Shown here: one piece after another, positions 11,230 to 22,872 of the stretch | Layout: every line of letters starts with the position of its first letter | How positions within the stretch are numbered: the first letter of the stretch is position 1 | NCBI GenBank assembly: GCA_032718475.1 | Contig: JAUCBJ010005107.1 | Location: forward strand, 1-45,519 | Length of the DNA: 45,519 nucleotides | Source: Nemertoderma westbladi | Taxonomy: Eukaryota; Animalia; Xenacoelomorpha | Reading direction: 5' to 3' | The notes under the pieces: model-generated | Databases searched by the model: none | What the model was told of the DNA's origin: nothing | The model's input: only the letters and a program-made list of their open reading frames with translations | Translations under genes and position numbers: made by a program

Positions 11230-12044
11230 ATCTGCTATATATGAGTTTATCCATATTATAATGAGTTTATATTTAGGCGAGCGGGCATCGCTGCCTACCC
11301 CAATCAACCCCGGACAGTACGAGATCCTCAGCGCCGATGTGTCGTCGCCGCTGTACTTTCGCCAACGACGTAGCCGCACAACAACAACGACAACCGACAC
11401 AAGTCACTCGACTGTCCGTCCCAAAGACTTAGATGTACTTCAGGTTTTCCTTGGAGTTAGGTTACTTTTACGATTGCGACTAGCTACTGTAAACACACCT
11501 TAGTAGTAACATTCGCCTATAAACTCACAAGTACCACACACACAACTTGTCACAAATTACACACACTCGGGTCACTTGTCCGTTAGTCAATGCCTTCCAG
11601 AATGTCACTGTATTATTATGTATCCTTGGATACTATCAGTGCACTATTTATTCCCTATGCTATTCAATGGGACAAGCTTTCTATTGTTCTTTTAACTCAA
11701 TTCTAATTCTAGCGTGGTTGTTGCTATGGTGACATTATGCAAAGCTAGCGGTAGAATTAGGGTGATTCCAATGCATACAGATCTGGGATGTTATTTAATA
11801 GTAATTCTTTAATAGTCAATGTCCTGTTTATACATGACTTTACGAATTTTATCGGCTATTAACTATGTTTGGGAGACTTTCGTACACGCATACGCATAAT
11901 AATATAAATCTCCGCTCCCTTGATCTATCAATTTATGGAATTTTGGGAATGTTATAAATCGCGTAAAATGGCAATTTATTAAATTCATTAAAAGACATGA
12001 ATTTAAATTTATTCCCTGAAATTTTATTATTTGATAATTAAATG

Positions 12045-12360
12045 GACATATTTTGATTCTAGAACTTGTCTAGGGACACAAGATCCTTAATTCTAAGAAA
12101 ATTGTCTCTTTAAGAATATCGGTAAATGCTGCGATATCTTAATTGACTAGAATTGTTGAAGGATCTGAATTTTACAGATTTTGACTTATTTGATTTGTAA
12201 ATATTAACTAATTAATATTTGAGATGGGCACCGATTTATTCCAGAACTTGTCTGGGGACGTTAACCACTGATTCTATAATTTGTCTTTCAAGTATATCGG
12301 TGGGTGCCACGATATCTTAATCGACTAGAATTACAGATGGTCAAAGGGTTTAACAGATTT
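12045..12360. repeat. Diverged ~182-bp tandem duplication inside element 1
   Basis: agaacttgtct...gatatcttaat(t/c)gactagaatt...acagatt occurs at 12061 and at 12243. Confidence 0.75.
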
Positions 12361-12876
12361 ATTTTGCGTTATACGCTACTGTTAAAGGGACATCACGCTA
12401 CTATATGTATTATTTAATATACGGTATGAGAGCAATATCGCACGAAGCAATGTCAGTGTGAAGAGGCAAGTCGTTTCCAAGGTCTACCCAGAGCTTGGTT
12501 TAGCCGAGACACGAGGATCTGAACTTTGCATTCCTAATACTCTGCCTACCAATAATACTTAAATATAGTAGTGGCTTTATTGTACTTTAATAAGTACGGA
12601 CATTTCATCTTACTGTAGTCACGTATTTATAATATGATACGGACAGTAAGGAAAGAGGAAAAGAATTATTTCTTGCCGTCGCATTAAATATAATATATAC
12701 GTAATTAAGTAATAAACGCGAATATATATTGCACTAATCTACTAAATAATCGCTAAAATAATATTCTACTAAATTAAATAAAACGATTATAATAAAATTA
12801 CATAGTAATACATACATAAATATAAAAATAATAGAATAATATAAATAATAGAGTCACACACCCACTCCATATGTTG

Positions 12877-15800
12877 TTACGTTATGGAGTCCCTAGATGT
12901 TTGAAGGATTAGGGAGGTGGTCGTGGGAAGAGAATCTTGCCTTCCACAGTTTCCGGAGAGTCCTCCCTTCCCTTCCGATAAACACAAACGACCGACTGGG
13001 TGATTGAGTCGCTGCATCCTGAATACAATTCCAGGTTTCCTCTTCGTCCTGGAATAGTGACGATAGAAACATCGCTCAAAGTAGATGACGGCGTCACAAA
13101 GCCGATTCCAGGAGCTATAGTGGTCCGTCGCTCTCTGCAGGAGAGGTGAGAGTCCCTGCGAGACGTCTGATGTTCCAGAGCTCCAATCGCTCTCTCTGAT
13201 CTTCATGAAGGATCCACTCGCGGTGGGGAGGCCCAGATCCACGGCGTCGTCCCTGGCAACATGTAATACCGACAGATCTATCCCGGGTTCAAATAACTCC
13301 GATCCACACGTCCGGGTTTCAGGTTCGACTTTCTCCGCTCCCTTGGCTGGTATAATCTCAGTCGGAGTAAGATGGGGAGGCCATTCATTCTCCTTACTCA
13401 GGAAGTCGGGTTCACCTAATCGGTCTGTAGTATCTGTCAGTTCTTGAGGAGTTGCTCCTCTGGAAGCGATGTCCGTTGGATTAAACTTCTTGGGGCAATA
13501 TCTCCATTGATCTACATTGGAGCTAAGATTGTCATTATCTGAGGAGTGTGGTGTTCCCTCAGTTGGGTCGTCTCCCTCACTAGTATCATCTTCCCATTCA
13601 CTCATCTGGCAGACGCGATCTTGAAGCAGTCTTTCCCTGAGCGTTCTACCGGAAGGTCCAGTAAGGTACCAACCTACTCTAGTTCTTACCGCATAGGTCT
13701 GTAGTGGCTGCGGTTGAGCAGGCCGTTTCTCTAATGTCTCCAGCGCCTCATGCGCGTTTTGGCCGATGAGTATTTGCACTCCAGGATAATCAGTCTGGAA
13801 TCGAGGTATGTTAAGATGTTGGATGCTCTCATCCTCTTCCCAATTATAAAGGTCTGCTTGAGTAGTAGCGAAGTTCTTTATAGCCACCATTTTCACTGAC
13901 CTTATGCTATGTTCTCCTAGTTCGTCCTGGGGGGTGGACAACGCGCCTACATAATAATCAGCTGTTACTGTAGATTTCCAAACTTGCATGATTCCTGACA
14001 TGTTTAGCTTGGTTCGGAACTTGGGTTGTCCAGCAAAGATGACTTCGGCTAGTTCTTTATCGATGAATGTTCCTGTGCTACCGGAGTCCAGGAGGGCGTT
14101 CACTATATAGCTCTTCTGAGGTCCGTGGACCCGTAACTGGACTACAGGAAATTCTCGGATTCCTATATTGGAAGTTGGCGCTTTCCAAGATGGTTGTTGA
14201 TCTGAAGTAGTTAGGGTGAGGTCGCTGTCTGTGTCTTTCTCATACATGAGTGCTCGATACACTGCGGTGGTGTTTATTAGGTAACAGGATTCGTTTTGGT
14301 CGGAGAACTCGTCCGTATAGAATCCTTCCATCTCAGATTGATCAGTGTCGTTCACATCACTGAATTGGACATGTAGTTCGGACTCACTTACCTGACTCGG
14401 GCTGTTTCGTTCGAATTCCGTGTGCAACAAGATATGATGTTTTGCGCCGCACTTTGCACACCTTGCGTCGGAGTTACAGGTTCGCCGTTGGTGTCCTCGT
14501 CTGAGGCAATTATAACACAACCGCTTATCCCACATGATTTCACGTCTATCCTTTAGTGATTTCCTCAGGAATTTATCACACGCATTTAAACGGTGGGGCC
14601 CGTCGCACAGCACACATTTCGGCTTGATGTTACTTACTTTAACCTGTGCTATGTGGTGCACACTTGTTCTTTCCTCGGGCTTTCTCACCTGAATTCTTTT
14701 AGGAGACGTAGGAAGGGTTTTTTGTACCGGTTCCCTTCTGTCATTGGGTCGAGACTTGGATTTACTTACCTGATCTTTAGGCATTTTATTGACATAAGAT
14801 CTGTCAGTGTCTTTCCCGCTGTCCTCTCCTTGAGAAGTTTGGCTTTCACCTTCGTCGGTATAACATACTGGTGTTACCCTTCTCCTAGAAACGGGTTTCT
14901 CACTTACCTTGTTTTCCAATGTCTTCTCTCTGGACTGCCTTAGGAGCTGTAATTTCACTTCTCCATCTAAGAATGACATGAGATCAGCCATGGTAGGGTC
15001 TCGTCGTTGTTGTTCCATCATATATAACACTTTCTTATCCCAGCGTGTACCTACTCCACCTTTCGGTAAAGTAGAAGCCACTGCTCTAATAACCATAGTG
15101 TTCTGATACTCATGAGACTTACCTAGCCAATCTAATTGTCTGCAGATCTCCTGGATCTCATCGGAAAACTCGATAATTCCGCTACTAATAAACTTTCGGG
15201 GCGCTACTAACTTTGCATATAAGTATCCAGCGATGTTATTCCTATTACCATACCTGATGTTTAGTGTATCCCAAACTTGTCTTAATCCGTCTGGATGTCC
15301 AATAAACTTTAATGCCATTAACTTGGGAGATCCTTCCAAGCACTCGATGAGGTATCTAAGTTTTTCTCCATTAGATAGTACCGAGTTCTGTATGTTATCT
15401 TTGTAATATTCATTAAAAGGTAACCATTTCATCTCATCCCCATTGAACTTGACGATCTCTCCAACCTTTACCGCTTGTCGGGCTTCGGTTCTAGCCATTT
15501 GACGCGTAAAACTTTCTTGGGCCATTGTGCTATTTAATATCGAGTTATCGGTATATAAATTCCTCGGATTAGGATCAGTTCCATATGGAATATCATTACA
15601 AACAGGTCTATAATTACCCTTAATAGGGTTCACTATAGGAGTTTCTACTTCGCTAGCAGTATATATGCGCGTAGGCTCCACACCTTGCGCATGCAATACT
15701 TCAGACCTAACAGGTTGACACATTGTTACAGAGGGTGGTGGTATACCCTTTTGGGTGTTTACTAATTTGTCGCGTTCAAGCGCGATACTTTGCTGCACTT

Positions 15801-17007
15801 CTTGCAACTCTGGCAACTTCAGCCTACTTTCCCTTACTGTGCCCTTGAATTGCTGGACAGTCTCCTGCATCTGCCCGAGCAGGATATCCATCCCCCGCCG
15901 TCTCTCGTCCACCCATTCGACCGCCGAAGCGGGAGTCGCCAACGTTGTAGCGGGCGGACGAGGGACAACGGGCGACAAATTGTGAATATTTCGCTCGGGG
16001 TCCAGGACCTGAACTGTCTCTTGGGCAGTTCTGCGGGGCACAGGTAGCTTAGTGCTATGCAGAGGGAATTTAGAGGTAGTTTCAGGGAGCACATGTGCGT
16101 CTATCACCGAAGGGGTGATTTCAAGAACAGGCCTAATTATTTCAGGCTCATCTACTATAGTAAGGAGTCTTTCTATTTTAATTATTTGGTCTGCGGGCTC
16201 TGTACTACCTACTTTGGTGTTATTTAGTTGCCTTCTAACAGCTGGAGGCAAATCAGGCAATTTCTGCCGGTGGAATGTTCTTTTACGTCTGCTTTGACGA
16301 GATCTATTTCCTTTGCCTTCAGTATCGGTGGTATCGCCTTCTTCAGATGATGTATATCCCTGTCTTTTGGGAGTAGATCGATTCATCATCTGCATATTAC
16401 TAGCTGTTAACTGTTTACTGAAGTCGTCTTGCTTCTCTTGAAGCGTTTCCAACTCCAGTTGGGCGATCTCTTCAGCCGCTCTCCGTTCTGCTTCTGCTGC
16501 TGCCGCTTTTGCCTCTGCCGCTGCCGCTTTTACCTCTGCCGCTGCTTCTGCTGCTTTTGCCTCTGCCTCTGCCTTTGCTACTGCCGCTTTTGCTTCTGCT
16601 GCTTTTGCCTCTGCCTCTGCCTTTGCTACTGCCGCTTTTGCTTCTGCCGCTGCTTCTGCTGCTGCCGCTTTTGCCTCTGCCTCTGCTTTTGCTGCGGCCT
16701 TTCTGTCTTCTATACGTTTTTTCCTTACTTGTTCTTCTTGGTCTCTAGCGATGCGGAGTTGTTCATCGAATTTAGCTTGGTTCGCCGCTAACCTATCCAC
16801 ATCAATCGCATCTAACACAAGTTTGGCTCCTTCGCTATTAGGGCTAAGTCCCTCTAGCCTTCTCCTCAACTCTTCATCACCTAAAAAACGTTGATAGTCT
16901 GACAGATAAATGTCAATGGCATCCCTCTTATGCGGTTTCTCTGCTGTCACTTCGCTCTCGGTTGTATCTAGTAGACTGTCTGACAGGTTCTGCTTAGTAT
17001 CAGACAT
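12877..17007 (-). CDS. gag-pro: BEL/Pao Gag-protease polyprotein fused to an RNase H C-terminal remnant (RT and integrase absent)
   Basis: 1376-aa ORF with an Ala/Glu/Lys repeat and a DUF1759-type capsid region (KFNGDEMKW...EKLRYL). Three BEL-type Cys/His knuckles (CVLC..H..C, CYNC..GH..C, CAKC..HH..LH). Protease LLDSGS. BEL RNase H end motif WRYCP..NPTDIASRG. No YxDD or DDE. Confidence 0.93.
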   Translation of the reverse strand: MSDTKQNLSDSLLDTTESEVTAEKPHKRDAIDIYLSDYQRFLGDEELRRRLEGLSPNSEGAKLVLDAIDVDRLAANQAKFDEQLRIARDQEEQVRKKRIEDRKAAAKAEAEAKAAAAEAAAEAKAAVAKAEAEAKAAEAKAAVAKAEAEAKAAEAAAEVKAAAAEAKAAAAEAERRAAEEIAQLELETLQEKQDDFSKQLTASNMQMMNRSTPKRQGYTSSEEGDTTDTEGKGNRSRQSRRKRTFHRQKLPDLPPAVRRQLNNTKVGSTEPADQIIKIERLLTIVDEPEIIRPVLEITPSVIDAHVLPETTSKFPLHSTKLPVPRRTAQETVQVLDPERNIHNLSPVVPRPPATTLATPASAVEWVDERRRGMDILLGQMQETVQQFKGTVRESRLKLPELQEVQQSIALERDKLVNTQKGIPPPSVTMCQPVRSEVLHAQGVEPTRIYTASEVETPIVNPIKGNYRPVCNDIPYGTDPNPRNLYTDNSILNSTMAQESFTRQMARTEARQAVKVGEIVKFNGDEMKWLPFNEYYKDNIQNSVLSNGEKLRYLIECLEGSPKLMALKFIGHPDGLRQVWDTLNIRYGNRNNIAGYLYAKLVAPRKFISSGIIEFSDEIQEICRQLDWLGKSHEYQNTMVIRAVASTLPKGGVGTRWDKKVLYMMEQQRRDPTMADLMSFLDGEVKLQLLRQSREKTLENKVSEKPVSRRRVTPVCYTDEGESQTSQGEDSGKDTDRSYVNKMPKDQVSKSKSRPNDRREPVQKTLPTSPKRIQVRKPEERTSVHHIAQVKVSNIKPKCVLCDGPHRLNACDKFLRKSLKDRREIMWDKRLCYNCLRRGHQRRTCNSDARCAKCGAKHHILLHTEFERNSPSQVSESELHVQFSDVNDTDQSEMEGFYTDEFSDQNESCYLINTTAVYRALMYEKDTDSDLTLTTSDQQPSWKAPTSNIGIREFPVVQLRVHGPQKSYIVNALLDSGSTGTFIDKELAEVIFAGQPKFRTKLNMSGIMQVWKSTVTADYYVGALSTPQDELGEHSIRSVKMVAIKNFATTQADLYNWEEDESIQHLNIPRFQTDYPGVQILIGQNAHEALETLEKRPAQPQPLQTYAVRTRVGWYLTGPSGRTLRERLLQDRVCQMSEWEDDTSEGDDPTEGTPHSSDNDNLSSNVDQWRYCPKKFNPTDIASRGATPQELTDTTDRLGEPDFLSKENEWPPHLTPTEIIPAKGAEKVEPETRTCGSELFEPGIDLSVLHVARDDAVDLGLPTASGSFMKIRESDWSSGTSDVSQGLSPLLQRATDHYSSWNRLCDAVIYFERCFYRHYSRTKRKPGIVFRMQRLNHPVGRLCLSEGKGGLSGNCGRQDSLPTTTSLILQTSRDSIT

Positions 17008-18343
17008 ATTTGTGTGTACAGTTGAATGCCTACTGCTATATTATATTACAGTCTAAGCAAGTCTAGTAATTCAGTATTAACTGCTAGCCTAGTAATTAAT
17101 TACCGATACTGCTACTCAGTGTAGTAGGATATATATATAATATATTAGAACACCGGTATGCTTATGGTATATATAACTATATAAGTATTATTACAGACTA
17201 GGTTCATCACAGAATACCGGTATAATTTTAGCACAAATATATATAAATATATAATAGGCCTATCGGGAATACCGGTATACAGTTTACAGTTTGTAGTATA
17301 TATAATTCTGGACTAGAATTAATTATAAGTACCGGTATAATTTCAGCCTAAATTTATAGAAATAAAGATAATAGGCCTATCGTAAATACCGGTATATCAA
17401 TTATTTTAAATAATTGAATTTCTGTATTTTAGGGTTACTTGGTTACTTTACTTACTTTACTACCGTTATTTGAGCAGTAATCCAACTGATATTGAGACCT
17501 AATGGTTGTATGGTAGGCCTACTATTTATAAATCGTTAGATTTGATTTATAATATATATATACCCGTTTTAATGGGTTTTGTCTATGTTTGAAATAAATG
17601 TTATTATTTCTGGGGAGTAATCACTACACAAAGCGGTGCGCTTTCAGTGAAGTGTTACGTATAGGACACTAAAACAAATAATTCTAATTTACCTAAGTTA
17701 CTTAATACTACAAATTACGTACAATTCGGGTTGAGATTACAATCTCTAAATAAACACAAAAATTTACAAAAACACAAATACGAATTTTTAGGGTAATTTT
17801 ACAAGAAGTCTACAAACCAGCCTAACAAAGGGTTAGAAAACCGGTTATTACAACGGACAGAGTACTACGGTATTTGAAATAATAAGTAGTAGTAAATACA
17901 CTGCGTTGTCTAGATAGGAAAATACCACCGCCTGACGACCTATAGCCGTATCGCTATAGGTTCTACGTTATGTATCACGGAGTGTTCCTACCTAGAAGTT
18001 GATAGAGCTAATCGAATGTGCCTATCAACCACTTTACAACACAAATATAATGCCTACACTAATTATTATCGGAAAGCACTGTACACTAAACCCTAAATTA
18101 GGTACGAGTACTTGTACAACAGATAATCAGTAATTAAATATACTTGAACAGCTAAAAGAACCACGGCATCTGCTGGAGTGACCGATGCACAAAATCACCA
18201 GTCTTTACCTACGCCAAGCAGCCCGTGTAGTACCGAGGTTAATTTAACTATAGCGGTATGTATAACAAACACAATTACTGTAGGAACAAACTTGGGGACT
18301 TGAATGTTGCGAATAATCGCATAAACTCTGAATAATAAATATT

Positions 18344-18903
18344 ACGCTACGCGTACAAACTACTCAAACAAAATACAGACCGAACACTGACAGACTACTA
18401 TCAAGCCTAAACAAACCACGGTATATGCAGACTCCGAAATGATTAGGGAGTATGCGCTCTAACCCAGTAGTGCGACTTATTCTTTAGTTGGGGGTTTACC
18501 TTACAGCCTTCGCTGCCCCTACTGCCTAATCGTACTTAATCGGACAGATGATCCACACACGCGGCAATCCGTTCAGACCTAATAACAGCCAGACAACTAT
18601 CCAGCCTACAAATTATCTAAATAAAATTATACGCTACCCGTACAGACTTACACAAACAAAGTACAGACTAAACGATGGCAGACTACTCTCAAGCCTAAAT
18701 AAACTACAGGACATGCAGACTCCGAAATGATTAGGGAGTATGCGCTCTAACCCAGTAGTGCGACTTATTCTTTAGTTGGGGGTTTACCTTACCGCCTTGG
18801 CTGCCCCTACTTCCTAACCGTACTTAATCGGACAAGTGCTCTACACACACTGTAACTCGTTCGGACTTAACAGCAATCAGACAACAGCTCAGCCTACAAA
18901 TTG
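18344..18903. repeat. ~288-bp tandem duplication in the 5' leader of element 1
   Basis: Two copies containing gcagactccgaaatgattagggagtatgcgctctaacccagtagtgcgac. Element 2 has one diverged copy (about 26290-26560). Confidence 0.88.
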
Positions 18904-19212
18904 TCTGTACAATCTGATCAGGTTTACACGCCTTCTGTTCAATACTGGCCTACAAACAAATAAAACTTGACAGAAATAAGTAGAAATCTCAATAAAAAAC
19001 CAGGGCTGCAGTCCCTGATTAATTATTAAGGCCTACTGGTATATAATTATCAAAATCGAATAATACTGCTGTACCTGTACTGCTGTAGGTACCGGTCCGG
19101 GTGGTTAGGTAGTCAGGCCTACTGGTACGGGTTCTGGCAGTTGGGCCTACTGACCTACAGATGTACCGGTTGACCGGTACTTTCAACTTTATTGCTTACT
19201 GCAACAAAGAAT

Positions 19213-19225
19213 ATATATCCTTTAA
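19213..19225 (-). other. Primer-binding-site position lacking TGG; complementary to an LTR-internal 13-mer
   Basis: Minus strand after the LTR reads TTAAAGGATATAT. The LTR minus strand carries ATATATCCTTTAA at 19995-19983. Confidence 0.6.
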
Positions 19226-20461
19226 TGTTCGCGCTTTCAGACCTTTGGCAGTTTAACCCACCAAATTAAGATGTCTTCTAGATATTAAATCTGTTTTTAG
19301 TCTATGACAAGTATTTGATTCACTACACTAGTCGAAACCAATCTGTGCGCGATCATTCACCCGCTGGATATTCCCGGGAGATTGGGTTCGACGGTTTAAT
19401 TTTATTGCTATGTAAGCCTAATGTATTATTCGAATGACAGTATTATATAATCTCTGACAATATTATTTACCTTCGGTAATATTAACAGTTCCTTTAGGAC
19501 GTGGCGCTTTATCTATATAAACAGAGTTATGACTTAAACTACTCACAACGATATGGCTTAATTATAATTCACATATATGGCGCATTCTTTAGGAATTGCT
19601 TCTTTAACAGACTCACTCATACACAATGCTGCACAATACTGCACACTAATCTGCCAATCTTCACTGATTTTAGTCACATATAAAAGGAACACAGGCTGAC
19701 TCATGTAGGGTCTATCAAATAACATTAGATTCACTTCAAACCACTTCAACATAAGTCACAATCGTTATTGGTAACCTTTCTCTCTTACCTTCGGTATATC
19801 AAGAATATTGGGTTTCGGGGTTATTTATCGTTATTCCAAATATAATAATTCATCAACCATATTATGAAGAACTGACAGTAAATAGCAGTATAAAACAACA
19901 ACTGAACACTGATTGTTACGAGTTTGCAATGTTTCAGCAGTCAGGATGTATGATCAGTCAGCAGTCCGCAGTAGTCGTTAGGTTAAAGGATATATGCCCT
20001 TTATAATTAAACCTACTAGTGTAAGACTAAAAAACAGTAAAGCACAAAATACTTCCAAGCCGTTCTTTCTTTGGCTCAGGACTGAATGTAAACACTGCAC
20101 ATAGGCATTGCGTCATTTCTCGGAAATTTTCTGTACAAGGAGCCACAAAAACGCTCTAATTGGCTGACTGAACTGAGAGACGCCGTAGAACAAAGGAAAT
20201 CAACACGTATGAATGTCAGCTGTTAACCGTAGTCATAGTAACTACTGTTCAAGAGTAGCTATCACCCCTTTGCGTCACGAATTGCCATAGAATCATAAAA
20301 TATGCCTTTCACAGTACACATACGGAGGAAATAGGTCTTAGATCCTCTAAAAACACCGATACAGCAATAATACGGTCTCTTACGCTTATTAAATCAACTA
20401 CAGAGTATTTTAATGTAAAAGATAATAAAAATAACGGGGCAATTCAGCAAAGGCTTTTACA
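19226..20461 (-). repeat. 5' LTR of element 1
   Basis: Direct repeat of 8631-9866, upstream of the gag ATG on the minus strand. Confidence 0.97.
19996..20170 (-). promoter_or_regulatory. Candidate LTR promoter: CCAAT box, TGACGCAA (CRE/CEBP-like) site and TATAAA
   Basis: agccaat(t/c)agagcg and aaatgacgcaatg are conserved in the same order in the otherwise diverged LTR of element 2 (25115-25175). Confidence 0.55.
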
Positions 20462-21299
20462 CATAGGATGCTATTGATGCTGAACGTTCAATAGTTCAAA
20501 GTTGGCCGTCAGATGTACCGTAATATGAAGGGTAATTGAACGTCGGGGGGGGGGGGGGGGGGGGGGGTATCCCTACACCCTATCCTACACGGCCCTACAC
20601 CTAGAATGCCCTATACATTTAGAGAAGGAAGCATCAGAGTATATATGAAAATATTTAATCGATAGTGTCTTGATATCTTATGGTGATGATCCACAAATTC
20701 GCATTCGATTAGTCATATTTATGTTATTTTATTAATTAATTTTAAGACCTTATAATTGGTATTTGAAATTTTATATATTCAAAAAGGCAATAATACACAC
20801 AAAAAGCAATTGAAGCGTAAGAAAGGTTCATTTAATATGATCTGTAAAATCAAAAATAATGTTTTGCGATTAAAAAAAATTACCATCCGCATAATACTGT
20901 AATAGAAGCTTGAACAATCCAACGCCCATATATCCGCTTTATCTCAACAAAATTTAATGGTACAGTATTTGGTGACAACATAGACAACATTTAGCGGTTT
21001 TCTTTGTTTGTTATTTTCTTGGTTCAATAGGCCGAATTAATATATTGTAATAATTTTGTTACAATTTTTTGTGACATAGTGTCTCAGCTTTAGTAATCAG
21101 AGGAATCAGCTTTGTTTAATTTTGATGATATTTGTTGTTTAAAATGTGTCAGCATTGTATTGGTTATCAGTGTTTTGTTGTGTGATTAATTTTGTGATTA
21201 CTTAAAGTAATTGTTTTGTATTGGGAAGGAACCATTAGTCCAGGTATAAGCGGAACCACCCCAACAATAGAAGGAGTGGGCTAAGCAACACAAAAAATA

Positions 21300-22872
21300 C
21301 ACGTTCGTGGGGCCTTCGCGCAGCACGAGGCCCAGTTATGAGATACAAATTAAAATTGAGCGACTGTATCACAAAATCAGGTTTTGAGAAATTTACCCAC
21401 ACCACCAATCAATCAAAGAAAGGGGGACAGTACGTGTTCACCCCTTTTAATCCCCCCCCCCCCCCCCACCACCCTTCCCAACCACCAATAAATAACCGCG
21501 ACATCTACCACCCACGGAAGGGTAGCACGAACTTATTTCCAATCGCACGTTCAATATGCAAAGCCAGATGGTTTATAGGAATATAATAAACGCAGTACTC
21601 GTATTCATTATAAGCCTCGTTGCGTTCGTCCTGTTTTGTATTTAAATATATTTCTTAAACGCAGGCTAGGACGTTCTTTATAATAATAATAACTAGGGAT
21701 GCGATCAATATGTGAAGCCAGGTGGTTTATATAATAATTTAGTCAACGCAGTACTCGTCTTCATTATATGCCTCGTTGCGCTCGTCGCTTGTCCTGTTTT
21801 GTTATAAAATATTTTTCCTAAACGCAGACTGACGATCTTTATACAGTTATAACTATATGCGAAGTTTCGAAACTGTGCGAGTAACTGTTGATACATCTAT
21901 GTGGATATGTGTGATATGTGGAGATGTGTGATACAACGCCAACGCATCTTATGCCGATGTAGTAATATGGGTATTGAAATAATATTAAATTAATGTACAC
22001 TCTTAAAGCTGCAGCGAAAAAATGTAGCTAATTTCCTAGGTTACATATAAAATAATAATATTATTTTTAAGAACATTAATTTTACTACTTTGCAAAAATT
22101 CAATTAAAAAATAACCAGACATATACATTGTGGAATAAACTATTTCAGAAGCCTACACAACAGCCATGCCATGGATAGTATTTATGTTATGATATCTGTC
22201 ATTCACCTGAGATAGCAATACAACATTTATAGTGAATTTAAAGAATGCTGTCTGGGCTGGAATAGCAATACTGGTTGTATATTACTATTCCTCTCTGGTT
22301 AGTCTTAGCAACAACTCCCAGCCAGCAGCAGAGACTTGACCAATAATCATTCCCAGCAACTGGGAATGACACACACATCCCATCTATGTACCAGCATGTT
22401 GGCCAATAAATGAGCAGTATTTAATGAGAATAAATTTTTTTTGCCGTTTTAATTACTTTAGATCAATTAAAGACACAATTATTAAAGCAAATCACTTGAA
22501 CTAATTAAAAACTATAATAGAATGGCGTATGGGGATTACATCTGTATAATTTTTAATTATAATTATTTAAATCTTTTACTGTAAAACAATTAATTTCCTT
22601 TAAAAGGCAGGTTGAAAATGGTGTTTTTACCGTAATAACTTAATTAACTAATTAACTGCTATTATCTTAGCTTCTCGAAGGCCACACGGAAATTCTACTT
22701 GGAAAATTTCTAAACTTTTGCCAAACAACATGTGTACCAAGTTTGGATAGATTTCATCAAAGATTAGCCGAGTTATTAACGTTTAAAATTGAACACGACA
22801 GAACGACAGAACGACAGGTTGATTAATGGTACCACTACGCTAAGGCTCACTCACTTCGTGGCTCGCCCCACA
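21300..22872 (-). mobile_element. Putative full-length non-autonomous Helentron/DINE-1-like element
   Basis: Tail hairpin and subTIR gttcgtggggccttcgcgcagcacgaggccc (21303-21333), head gctcgccccac (22861-22871), and a gacagaac microsatellite near the head. Confidence 0.55.

Larger units (their letters stand above)
8631..20461 (-). mobile_element. BEL/Pao LTR retrotransposon, element 1 (young, non-autonomous)
   Basis: Two 1236-bp TG...CA LTRs. TSD CATAG at 8626-8630 and 20462-20466. BEL-type Gag-protease ORF on the minus strand. Confidence 0.96.

Noticed and set aside
10050-11400. Calling the accessory ORF an env gene
   Set aside because: The position fits, but no signal peptide, fusion peptide or transmembrane anchor is recognisable in the degenerate frames.
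16429-16791. Cys-rich and Leu/Pro-rich plus-strand ORFs
   Set aside because: They are antisense shadows of the Ala/Glu/Lys repeat in the Gag ORF.
12877-17007. Domesticated host gene derived from Gag
   Set aside because: It sits within a complete, very young LTR element with a TSD, so an open ORF does not imply domestication.
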